DNA of 41,582 nucleotides, taken from assembly GCA_026025795.1 (NCBI GenBank), contig JAPEUG010000120.1:1-41582 (forward strand). Reading direction: 5' to 3'. Source of the stretch: Thelocarpon superellum. Taxonomy: Eukaryota. Positions 22,595-33,342 of this stretch are shown here, piece after piece (the stretch's first letter is position 1; every line of letters starts with the position of its first letter). The notes below the pieces were generated by a model, which worked only from the letters and a program-made list of their open reading frames with translations, was not told the origin of the DNA and searched no databases. Both the position numbers and the translations under genes were made by a program.

Positions 22595-23347
22595 TGTTGG
22601 AGCAACAAAAGCTGCTGTTGCTGTTGTTGCAATTGCTGTTGCTGTTGCTGCTGTTGCGGCGACGGCTGCGCTCGCTGCACGCCCGCAAGATGAAGGTTGA
22701 CCTGACCAGGGTTCTGGCCCACCTGGCCCCCTTGCCCTGCATTCGCCGCAAACTGGGCTTGTTGCGCTTGTTGCGCTTGCTGCGCCTGCAATTGGCGATA
22801 TCGTGCCGTCATGATGACCTTTTTCAGATCCTCATCGGAGAGATGTGTCATGTGTGGAGGCAATTTGCCGCGCGCCATGGCTAGCTCCTGCGGCGTGGGC
22901 GGCTGCATGGAGAGGGCCGGCGGCATCGGCCGGGCTACCTGACCGGGTCGCGAGTTCGACAAGGTCGGGGCCATCGCCGTGCCCTGTCCCACCATCCGCG
23001 GCGTGGCCATGTTCGGCACCGCTGGTACTTGCCCCAACTTGGCGAGGTTCGCGTTGGCCATGGGAAACGACGGGTTTGCCTGTGCACCGGTCTGGGAGGG
23101 GTGAAGGTCCTGTAGACTCTGACTGTGCAGGAATTGGAGGTCTTGCAGCACGCCTAAGATGCTCGGGGAGATCAGGTGTGAGTTTTGCCGAACCCACTGC
23201 TTGAGTTGACCCCACGTCTTGATCTGTTCCGGCACCGGAGTGCTCATCTTGGTCTGGAGCATCTGCCGGGGAAACTCCATTGAGTCCATCTCCCGCACTT
23301 TGTCTGCCGTCATTCCCTGTGGCGTTCCCTGCGCTCGTTGCTGCTGC

Positions 23348-23380
<33 letters not shown>

Positions 23381-24940
23381 TGTTGTTGTTGTTGTTGTGC
23401 TTGCTGTTGCTGGCGCATGAGCTGCTGCTGCTGCTGCAGTTGGAGCAACTGGGCTTGTGGCATGCCAGAGGGAGTGGCCAGACCCGCGGAATTAGGTTGC
23501 GGTCGCGGCATCGGAGAGGCGTTCGGAAAAGCTTGCTGCTGTCCCGGCTGTGTGACTGGCATGCCCGGATGCGGAACGCCTTGCGACATGGGCGTTATGC
23601 CTGTGGCCGAGCCCTGGGGTATCCCCACGCGGCCTTGGACTTGTCCTTGAGCCTGCTGCGCTTGTTGTGTCTGTTGTGCCTGCTGCGCTTGCTGATTTCG
23701 GTAGGCCTCCGCCATGCGGGTTTGGTGATGTTGGTGCCATTGCCCCAACATGTGCTTGTATTGCTCGTCCGGAAGACCGACAAGGCGTTGCTTGACGGAC
23801 TCGGGCATGTTCGCGGGGAGGGGTGGGCGGGATGACGGCGTCGTGGCAGGGGTGGTGGCTCCTCCGCCCATCATCCGCTGGGCCGGCTGAGGCGTCTGCT
23901 GCCCAAACGGTTGTTGCATCGATCCTTGACCCATCTGCAAGACGCCTTGCGGATGCCGTGGTTGGGGCGTCCGCGGCACCGGCGGCTGGGTCGGCTGTGG
24001 ACCTTGCGGGCCCATGGAAGAACGGGTCAAGGTCATGGCCGGACTGCGTTGCGGCTGAGCCTGGCCGGGGTGCTGACCAGCCTGCGCGGCTTGGCCTTGC
24101 ATCGCCATCTGCGCCGCTTTCTGCCGAGCCTGAGCTTGCGCCTGGGCCTGCAACTGTGCCGCTTGGTTCATCTTCCCTTGCTGCGTCTGCTGAGCGTTGA
24201 AGAGTTGCTGCTGCTGCTGCTGCTGTTGTTGTTGTTGGTGTTGCTGCTGGAGCTGCAACGCCGCATTGGGATTGCCCATGGGCTTCCCGGCCTGACCGGC
24301 CACGCCACCTGGGGTCTGTCCCATCGGTCCGGCCATGCCCGTCATCGCCTGCTGCGACATCGTGGCAGGAACGACCAGCTGTCCAGCTTCGGCGGCGCTC
24401 ATGGCCGTGGCCTGCTGCTTGCCGATGAAATTCTCCACGCTGCCGATGAAGTTGTCAAAGGTGTTGGAGGCCGGATTGGGGGGATAGGCCGGGTTCAGTG
24501 CAGTGTTGTGTTGCATCTGACCCATCATGTTGGTCGGTGGCATCTGCGCTTGCGGCCCAGCCATCCCCATTGCGCCTCCCATGCCTCCCATGCCCGCATT
24601 CACATTCATGTTGCTGTTCTGCTGTTGCTGCGCCGCGGCTTGTGCCTTGAGCTTATTCATCCGGAAAGTCTTGGCAGCCTGCTGGCGGAAGAAGTAGGTG
24701 AGGGGGTCGGTCTTCTGTCGCTCGAGCTGCGCCTTCTGCTCCGGGGTGATGTTGGACAGATTCGCGCGAATCCGCGACATCTGGTCAGGCGGCGTGCTCT
24801 CGGCCATGCGGTGGGCCATCGCATTGATCTCGGCATTCTCCTGAGGAGTAAAGGCCTCGACTCCGAGTTGGCGTTGGAAGGCTTGTCGTTGTGCATTTGC
24901 GTTTTGCTGCTGCTGAAGCTGCTGCGACGATGGCTGCTGC

Positions 24941-24996
<56 letters not shown>

Positions 24997-25113
24997 TTGT
25001 TGCTGCTGCTGTTGTTGCTGCTGCTGCTGTTGCTGCTGCTGTTGACGCTGTTGTTGTTGCTGCTGCAGTTGTTGCTGTTGCTGAAGCTGCTGCTGCTGCT
25101 GCTGTGCCTGCTG

Positions 25114-25150
<37 letters not shown>

Positions 25151-25813
25151 ATTCCCGCATTCATGTTCATCAGGGATTGACCAGACACCTGCTGCTGCAT
25201 GGGAAGAGGCGAGGCCTGCATCTGGCGTTGCAGCTGGGGCGGGAAGCCTTGAGATGGTTGGCGCTGCCCAGGCATCATGCCCTGCATGGCATTCTGCGGG
25301 GTGACGCCCATCTGCTGGGATTGCATCTCGTGCGCCTGCTCCATCTTGTCGGCCTGCCGCTGTCGGGTGTCCCGAATCTGACCGAGCTTCTGTTCACACT
25401 GCGCCTCGTATTGAGCCTGCTCACGAATTAGTCACAACGCACGCGCCGGAGCGGACCACCTGCGCACCTTGTCCGCCGCTTGCAGGAATTCCTTGTGCTC
25501 GAACTGTAGGGCGACCTGGATGGCTTCCTTGAGGTCGATGCCAGGCTTGATCAGGCGTAGAGACGAAACCCTGCCGCGAACGGATTAGCGGGGGGAAGAG
25601 TGGGGCAGGCGAACGTCGGACACCATACAGCTGAATGACCTTGTAGGCGCGTTCGGTTGAGGGCATGGTCTGCTGCCATCCTTGCGGATGCGGCTGCTGC
25701 CGCAAACGTTGAACGATCATGTTGTAAATGTTGGATGGCCCCCCGGATTGCACTGGCGCCTGGCCCGGCTGCCCGGCGCCAGGCACATTTTGAAACTGAC
25801 CATAGTTCATCAT
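20423..25813 (-). CDS. MED15: Mediator subunit Med15/Gal11 (N-terminal KIX domain, poly-Q); introns 25571-25628, 25417-25467, 21818-21873
   Basis: KIX-like N-terminus after splicing (GWQQTMPSTERAYKVIQLVSSLRLIKP...ALQFEHKEFLQAADKAQYEAQCEQKLGQI), DPLTYFFRQQA and IKTWGQLKQWV blocks, long Q tracts, C-terminal C2H2-like CPVPACDFH...HRTDTH and DPLQYAIE. Confidence 0.85.
24905..25150 (-). repeat. CAG/CAA trinucleotide tract encoding poly-Q in Med15; about 37 uninterrupted Q at 24934-25044
   Basis: Directly visible; further tracts near 22555-22655, 23338-23440 and 24205-24250. Confidence 0.95.
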
Positions 25814-27718
25814 CGCGAGACCGGCGGGCAGTTTCGACCGTCGAGATTGCTAGCCTCGTTGACGGCAGGCTGCCGGCGCCGGCTGCGCCGGCGACGTCGG
25901 CGAGAGGGGATGGCGTGGGCAAGCGATGGCAAGTCGGTCTTACATGAGACGGTCCGGGGGGGTTCGGCGAGAGCGGGAGGGGGAAGCGGGAGAGGAAGAG
26001 GGAAAGGGGAAGGGAAAGGGAGAGGGAGGTGGAGAGAGAAAGAGAGCGCGCGCTGGCCGGCGACCGGGTGGCTAGATGCTCGGGTGACCTGGTGCGCGGT
26101 GAATGCGCGGTGTCGGGACTGTAAGCCTGCCGGTGGAGGGTGCGAGGGATTGATGGTGACGCATGGATTGGTTGGGCCGCAATCACCAAGGACAAGAGAG
26201 TGCTGGAAACATGGATGGGGCGGGGGTCACCGTGGAGCGTTGGGCCGGTCGCTGCACGCTGGCCCAGCGGCGAGCGAGGGGAGGGGGCAAGCGAAGGACG
26301 GAGGGTGAAGGAGGTTGAAGTTGAGGGCGGCGGATGAGGCGCTCCGCGGTGGGTTGCGACCGGCCAGCGTGCACATGGGCGCGCAATGCGGTTGTGGCGG
26401 AGGAGGGCGAGGTGGACGTGCGGCCGTGGTGGAAGCCGGCACCGAGCCCAGCGAGCGATGCGGTGCGCGGGCGAGGGTGTGAGGGCGAGGCAGAGGGCGA
26501 GGGAGAAGGTGAGGGTGAGGGTGCGACAGGAAGTGTCGGGGGATCACAGGTGTGGCTCTCCTGCTGGCTATTCCGGTGGTCGTCGTAACCAGGGTACGAG
26601 GGTAATCTTGAACGATTTCTCGGTCCGCGGCTGCGCGGCTGCAGGTGGCCAGTAATTATTGCGGCGGGCAGGGCAGCGAGCAGCGAGCAGCGAGCGGCAA
26701 CAGCGAGCAGCAAGAACGGCTCTAACTCGCTACGGGGACTCGTACCATACGCCATCCCAGTACCGTTGACGGCGTGACCGCGACGCCCACGGGGGACGAG
26801 TGCCATCCCACCGACGGAGACTACGTGAGTACTCGAGCGAGTAGCGGATCGAGCACGAGAACATGCTCGTCGGGCCCCGGGAGGAGGCAGCCCACAGGCA
26901 TCCTCCGGTGTACCGCAAAATGCTGGTTTTGGGTGAGGCGGCAGTGCCGAGGCGGCAGTGCTGAGGCGCCCCGACGCCCGTCGTCCTGTCGTCTCGGTGC
27001 CCAATTACCCTCGCTCGACCAGCGGCGGGCCGGAGGTTGCGTGTGGGCGCTGAACGATGGGTGCTGGACGCTGGGCGCTGGCTCAGGCGACGCACTCGGC
27101 GAGAGGACGAGGACGAGCAGGACGAGTAGTGCTCGTCTGTGCCCCCCACCAAGGCGGCGGCCATGAATGAGGCAAGTCACTGAGAATGTGATTCGGCTAG
27201 AGTTTCTCGCCCGCCGACCAGGACTACTTCATCAGGCCATCGTCGCTGGGTAGTCGAGACCACCTAACCTAACGCAGGCATTGTCTCACACCTCCCCTTT
27301 CCTACCAAGGACAAATGATGAGTCGTAGGCACAAGGTCGAGGGATACGAGTCAGAAGCTGATGGCGAAGTGGCCGGTCAGATGCATATCTTGTCCCGGAC
27401 ACTCGGGATGCATTATTGTGGACCAAGGCGACGATGAAAGCGCTCGGGTGGTCGCGTCGCTCATGTGACGCTGGCCGTCGGAGATAGAGTGCTGAGTCAT
27501 GCACTCCCTTAGTCAGCCCTCTAGCGTCCCGATGCGATGCCATCCGCTCGCACGGGTCGACGAAAGGCATGAGAAAGGTGTGAGTGTACGACCAGCTGCG
27601 ATGGCCGCGCCTGCTCCCGCCCCCATGGACCACCGTCGATGATTGTGACGGCTCTTCCACGATCCTCCGATCCAACGCACGGACGAGGCGGTCGGCCCCG
27701 ATGGCCCTGACCATGACC

Positions 27719-29929
27719 ATGGCGGCATCCATCTCCGTCGGATCCAACGTCTTTGCCGTCCTGGCCGTTCTCGTCATCTGTCTCCTCGTGCTCCTCGTGC
27801 TCCGCTATTTCCTCCCGTTGCGCGCCACCCCCGCCTACCTGCTCCTCCCCGTCTTTCTGGCCCTGGCCTTGCCCGCCAGCATCATCCTCCTCGTCCCCAT
27901 CGACCTCGCCTCGACTGCGGGCCTGGAATCGGGCGAGGCGCGAGGCATCTGGCTGACGGAAAGGGTGATGCTGGTGGCCTGGCGCATCACCTACTGGCTG
28001 TGTTTTGCTCTGACCTGGTCCGAGGCATCCCCATCCTATCCGTCATGTGGTGCTGACGTGCCGTCCAGGTTCATTCTCCCGCTGCTAGGCGAATACGCCG
28101 ACTCCGGCGACCGTTCGCCCAAGGCTAAGCTGCTGCACTCGCTCCGGCAGAATGGCCGGTACCAATTGATCGTCTTGGGCTCATGCGCCGTGGGGCTGGT
28201 CTACTTTGCCATTCAGTCGGGTGTCCAGGTCACCAACATCAAGGCTCTGGTCATGGCCCTGGCGTATTGCTGGGGCTTGATCCTCGCCATCTATCTCATG
28301 GGCCATGGCCTTGTCGCCGTGCCCCGCCACTTCCTCCGGCGCGCCAGCATCAGCGGCACGTTGCGCCGCCTCCAGAGCGCGGCGCCCAAGATCCACGATC
28401 GACTCGATGATGCCCACCAGGAGCTGGCCCAACTCGAGGCGCAGGTGACGCAGCTGCGTGCTCAGAAGCGTGGTCTGCCGCGGGATGTGCAGGACTGGAT
28501 CGAGGAGCTCTCCGACACGCTCGGCCATGAGGAGCGTCGTCTTCCACGGACCGACCTCCCCGCCGCCAGCACCGAGGCGTCCATTCCGACCGTCGTGACG
28601 ACACGCTACCTCGCCGACCTCACTCGCCATTTGTCCCGCGCTCGACACAAGCAAGCGCGCTTCATCAATGCGTGGGATCGTCTCGTCCGCGATGCGGTTC
28701 GCATGCAAACCATCCTCGACTCCTCGGCGTCACGCCGCCTTGATTTTGGCCGGGCCTCGCCGTATGCGTCGATCTTGTCGCGCGCGACGTTGCTGACCCC
28801 TTATACACGATACCTCCTTCATGCGCGCGTCACGCCCGCCCTGCGCGTCGCCTGTGGCACGGTCTTGTCTCTCGCGTCGATCTGTATCGTGTGGTCGGAG
28901 TTGATCAAGCACCTCCAACCGCAGCTGTCCATCATCAGCCTCACCGTCGTCCATCATTTCACCGGCGATCAGGGTGAAGTAGGATTCGCAGGTCAAGTGA
29001 TTGCCGCGGCGTGGATACTGTACATGTGTGCCGCGGCGCTCACCAGCATCAGCGATGCCAAGGTCTGGGGTAACCGGGCCTTGGTGCGGCGCAACACCTA
29101 CGGCGAGAGCGCCTGCTGGTACGCCAGCCAGACGGCCAAGTTGACCGTACCTCTGGCATACAATTTCATCACCTTCCTTCCTGCGTCCATCAGTCGCCAT
29201 ACCACCTTTTACGATTTTCTCGGCCGGCTCATCGACCTGACGCCCATCGGCAAGGGCTTCGACACGTTCTTTCCCATCTTCATCCTCTTCCCCGTCTGCG
29301 CCACGCTCTTCAATCTGTACGGCCGCGTCAAGCGCGTCTTTGGCATCGACATCCTCGAGGACGACGACGAAGAGAATCCCACGGGCTACGGCACTGGCGG
29401 ATGGCGCGAAGGCCGCGACCTGATCGAGCGCGACCTCGCCAGCGGTGGCCCCACCTCCAACGGCCTGCACCATGTCGACCCTACCCTCCCCCTCCCTCCA
29501 ACCGCCAACCCACTCGACAGCCGGGGACGCAGTCGGACCGCTCTCCCACACATCCCCAACAACGCGTCCAACCGGCCAGCGCCTACCCTCACCGTCCCCC
29601 CGTCTCCGAGCCGCGGCCCGGCCGCCGTTCATCGAGCACGCGACCGGCCCGCCATCGCATCTCCGAACATCGGCCCTGACGACGACGACGGCCCCGTCTC
29701 CGTCTTTGCCGAGTTCGCCCACCGCATTCAAAACACCATCGACACCACCGACCCGCCGCGCTGGATGCAAGGTGGCTTCAGGCGGCCCAAGTGGATGCAA
29801 GGGCCAGCGTCGAACAGTCCCGACCCGGACATCGCGGGCGGTAGCGCCGGGGACAGTCCTAGCGAGGGCAGAGGCCTCTTTGGAAATTTGTTCCGCGGGC
29901 GAGCGGGTGAGGGCGCCGTGCGACTGTGA
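27719..29929 (+). CDS. LMBR1-family (LMBRD2-like) multi-pass membrane protein; probable in-frame intron 28018-28068; alternative ATGs at 27701 and 27713
   Basis: LALPASIILLVPIDLAS, WRITYWLCFALTW|FILPLLGEY.DSG, ALAYCWGLILAIYLMGHGLVAVPR, KLTVPLAYNFITF, FPIFILFPVCATLFNLY. Confidence 0.88.
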   Translation: MAASISVGSNVFAVLAVLVICLLVLLVLRYFLPLRATPAYLLLPVFLALALPASIILLVPIDLASTAGLESGEARGIWLTERVMLVAWRITYWLCFALTWSEASPSYPSCGADVPSRFILPLLGEYADSGDRSPKAKLLHSLRQNGRYQLIVLGSCAVGLVYFAIQSGVQVTNIKALVMALAYCWGLILAIYLMGHGLVAVPRHFLRRASISGTLRRLQSAAPKIHDRLDDAHQELAQLEAQVTQLRAQKRGLPRDVQDWIEELSDTLGHEERRLPRTDLPAASTEASIPTVVTTRYLADLTRHLSRARHKQARFINAWDRLVRDAVRMQTILDSSASRRLDFGRASPYASILSRATLLTPYTRYLLHARVTPALRVACGTVLSLASICIVWSELIKHLQPQLSIISLTVVHHFTGDQGEVGFAGQVIAAAWILYMCAAALTSISDAKVWGNRALVRRNTYGESACWYASQTAKLTVPLAYNFITFLPASISRHTTFYDFLGRLIDLTPIGKGFDTFFPIFILFPVCATLFNLYGRVKRVFGIDILEDDDEENPTGYGTGGWREGRDLIERDLASGGPTSNGLHHVDPTLPLPPTANPLDSRGRSRTALPHIPNNASNRPAPTLTVPPSPSRGPAAVHRARDRPAIASPNIGPDDDDGPVSVFAEFAHRIQNTIDTTDPPRWMQGGFRRPKWMQGPASNSPDPDIAGGSAGDSPSEGRGLFGNLFRGRAGEGAVRL

Positions 29930-30376
29930 CTGGGATTGGGACTTTCTCGGCGTCGCCCGCATCATGCACTCGCATCGCCACCATGGATTGATTCGATAAA
30001 GAGAGAGGGGTGGGCCACCCCGTGTAATTAAGAGAGCGGCATCTGCTGCTACCAGGTGCGTCATGTCTGCAAGCATGCATGTTACAGCGAGGCGTTGAAG
30101 TAAATGTACATGCCAGGACATACCTCTCTCAGGATATCCATCGATACAACTGAATTTTTGTGCTCGTTACGAATACAAATAGCCCTCCAAGTGCCACCAC
30201 GATGACGAGAGGAGCGTAAATGACCAGCGGGCCCAATCAGATGGCTGGATAAAGCACGGAGCTGGAGTCTGCAGAGTAACATAGGGCTGTTCGACATTGC
30301 AAAGCGAGTGTGAGCATCTTGGCGGTTCGGGAGTCTCGAGTTTGCCGTTCGTTTGTCTGCTTCTTTTCGTTTCCTC

Positions 30377-30413
30377 CCCTCCTCCTCCTCCTCCTCCTCC
30401 TCCTCCTCCTCCT
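30377..30413. repeat. (CCT)n trinucleotide microsatellite downstream of the sterol acyltransferase stop codon
   Basis: Directly visible. Confidence 0.9.
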
Positions 30414-30497
30414 ACCACCCTCTCTTATCGTCCTCCCTTCTTTCACTCTACTCGCCTGTCTCTGCTTTCGTCTCTCGGTGCCTGTAGGGGAGCGGGG

Positions 30498-32485
30498 TTA
30501 TACGAGCACGTACAGGGCGCACATCTATGCATGTCAGTGATCCCTTTGTCATGTTTTGCTGGGGTGAAGCGGAGGATAGACGTACCATCGACAGGCCAAA
30601 GATGATGGAGCACCAGAAACAGACGTTCTATCATTTCATTCAGTTCCTTCGAATCATCATAGGCGCCAAGGATAGACCGCGGGAAACATACATTGAGCAC
30701 TTTGTTCCCACGAATCCATTTGGTGCGCTGGATCATGACAAGTGGGAGTTGTAGCATCATCGAGACGAAGCCGTAACCACGAAGCTTCTTGGTGATGCAC
30801 ACCATGACGAGCTCGTGTGCGATGGCGCTGATCAGGAACGTGATGGCCGTGGCTAACGGACGGGATAGATGTGGTCGCGAGGCACCATATACGTGTCGTC
30901 GGAAGAAGTGGTGCACGGGGATGTTCCACTCGCGTGAGAACTCGAGCCTGTCGGGTGTGAGCAAGACGGGACGGCGCGAGACAAGCGAGGATACCTACCA
31001 GTCCGTGCTGTTCCACCAGTCGTGGTAGAATTGGCGATCGGCGAAACCTAGAGGTGGTGAGCCTGCGGGTGGGGAATATCGGGGACATCAGACCCACGTG
31101 TGATCTCGGCGAGCGCGCCCAGGACGTATTCAAAGATGACGAGAAAGACCAAGAGGAAAGTGACCAAGAACGGAAACAAGAGCTGGCTGATGGTCTCGGC
31201 CAGGATCATCCCAGTCTCGGAAAGGGTGTCGACGGCATCCAGCTGGGCCGAGGAGTCCGTCAGGACCGGCAGAATATACTCCTCGCTGGTCACAGTCAAG
31301 AGGAAGATGCAGCCAAAGATGGCGAGGATCTTCCACATCAGTTCCGACCACCGGACACGCTCGGTGCGCGGGTATTCCAGCTCGTAGCAGAGGGTCGGGC
31401 ACAAGACATAGTCCACGTAGTTGGACAGCGTGAGGTTCTGCGGGTACGTGACGTGTCCGAGCGGTGAGGTCAACTCTACCGCCAAGTCCTCACGTAAGGA
31501 CGTCAGCGTCTCTTGCCCGTTCTGCTCCTTCTCTCGGACCACCTCGCCTTTGGGCGTGTCGCGCATGGTCCCACCACTGGAGGGATAACGGTAGGCGGAG
31601 GCTTTGGACGCCGTCGCGGGATGGTCCAGCTCTTCGAGACGTCGCTCCGTCTCGCTCAGATGCCCGTTATAAAAGGCGTACGAGTGCATCTTCATGAGGA
31701 TCGCGAGAATGTGCAGCGTGAAGAACACTTGAGCTGTCCAGGTCCAGCCTAGGACAAACGGCAAGCTATAGCCAGTCAGTCCCTCGCACCGCTCACGCCG
31801 GACCCGCAGCAGCCACGTACATGACCCACGCCGTCAGCCACACCGACTGGTAGATGCTCTGGATCGCCATGCCACCTTTGCTCCACCGGAGCACGCCATT
31901 GCTGGACCGGAAGAGGACCTGCAGCGGAAGGCTCACCGCAGTGGTACACACCATGGCTAGGTCGGCCAGCCCAAGCTGCCACACGTCGATGGTGAACAGG
32001 GCCCAGATCCGTACGCGCATCGGATGTCCCGTGTCCTTGATGTTACGCAGCATCGTCGTGATGACCATGATGGCCAGCCCAATCCAGAACAATGTAAAGA
32101 ATCCTCGGAAGTCGGCATATTCGCTGCGCGGATCAAAGTGCGAGACGCGGGCGGCATAGTCAATGGTGGGAAACAGGCGTTGCTTGTGTCGGATCTGTCG
32201 TCGCGCCGTTGAGATGTGCTGCGCCGATGGAGGGGCGTCGGGTGGTAGGGGCGTCGAGCGACCACTGAAGCCCCGGTCAGTTGTGTCATCGCACCAGTTG
32301 AGCTCGCCGACCGACCTTGACACCGTCGAGGCGGCCAGGTCTGCTGCCCCGTTCGTCCCTTTGCCGCCACTTTCCTCCTCTTGCGCGCGCAGCACCTGCG
32401 GGTTCCCAGGTTTTATGGCACGCGGTCGCAGGATATGGTCGGTGCTCCCATTCCCGTTCATCGTGATATCCGTTGAGGTAGACAT
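30498..32485 (-). CDS. ARE2: Sterol O-acyltransferase (Are1/Are2, MBOAT family); introns 32265-32315, 31766-31820, 31048-31097, 30948-30998, 30628-30691, 30525-30585
   Basis: FRGFFTLFW, LMKMHSYAFYN, YPQNLT, CPTLCYELEYPRT, AEITRFADRQFYHDWWNS, EFSREWNIPVHHF, catalytic SAIAHE. Confidence 0.93.
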
Positions 32486-33342
32486 GGTGCTCGTTGTTGC
32501 TGGTCTGACCGGTTGTCGTCGTGGCTGCAGCGAATGAGAATCGCACACATCGAATGAGATCACGGAGCTACGACACACGCCTGGGCGACGGCCAGTCTGT
32601 CATGGGCGGAACGATCCTCCAAGATACAAAGGGAGCAGCTCCAGGGGGAGTCCAGTGGGAGGGGAGTGGTGTCCTGAGGATCGAAGGGTGTGGAAATCAA
32701 GGTGCGTTGGGCGTCAGGGACGGCGCCTAAGCTCATACTGACACCTTGACGCCCCGACTTCATAAATACGAGCAGACGGAGCCACCGGGGGCAGCCGAGC
32801 ACTCAACTATGACGCAAGCTGACGAAGCGGGCCCGCCTACAATTACAGCCTCGGCCTTCCCACTGTCCACCCCCGTGACTTGGATACGAGGGAAACGTGT
32901 GCTTTGAGAGAGCCACAAAGTGCCAAGAAGTACGCCGAGAGGATTTGTAGGATTGGCCGTGGCTGATATTCCCGGTCGGTACGAGACCAGCATCTGAGCA
33001 TGGCGTCACAACCCATGGCACTTCCCCATGTCCAGCTGTTCATTTTCCCCTACCAGAGTCACGTGCGTGACCATTGGCGGGCCGTATCACTACACAATTA
33101 CTTATGAGCTTACATAACACTCACGCTGTGAAGTCGCGCTGAAATCGAGTCACAGAAAAACGACGTGATTTCGTTTGACGGACGCTGTCTTAAGCTTCTA
33201 GAGCGATGGGAGCATGAACGAGTGGCGCGTTAGCAGCTCACCCTCAATGCTATGCCGTCCTGGATGGAAGTGGTGAGGGCCTAAGTCCTCGACTCCAGCG
33301 TCCACGCCTGGCGTCACAGGGGAAGACCGACCCGTCCTCACG

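Noticed and set aside
23911..25431. 506-aa poly-Leu ORF and similar poly-Cys/Ala/Ser ORFs
   Set aside because: Antisense or alternative-frame shadows of the Med15 CAG tracts.
26183..27180. Several ORFs upstream of MED15
   Set aside because: Low-complexity, microsatellite-rich leader or promoter sequence with no coding hallmarks.
28730..30121. 463-aa antisense ORF (likewise 13134-14534 and 20663-21763)
   Set aside because: GC-rich antisense shadows of well-supported genes, with no domain signal.
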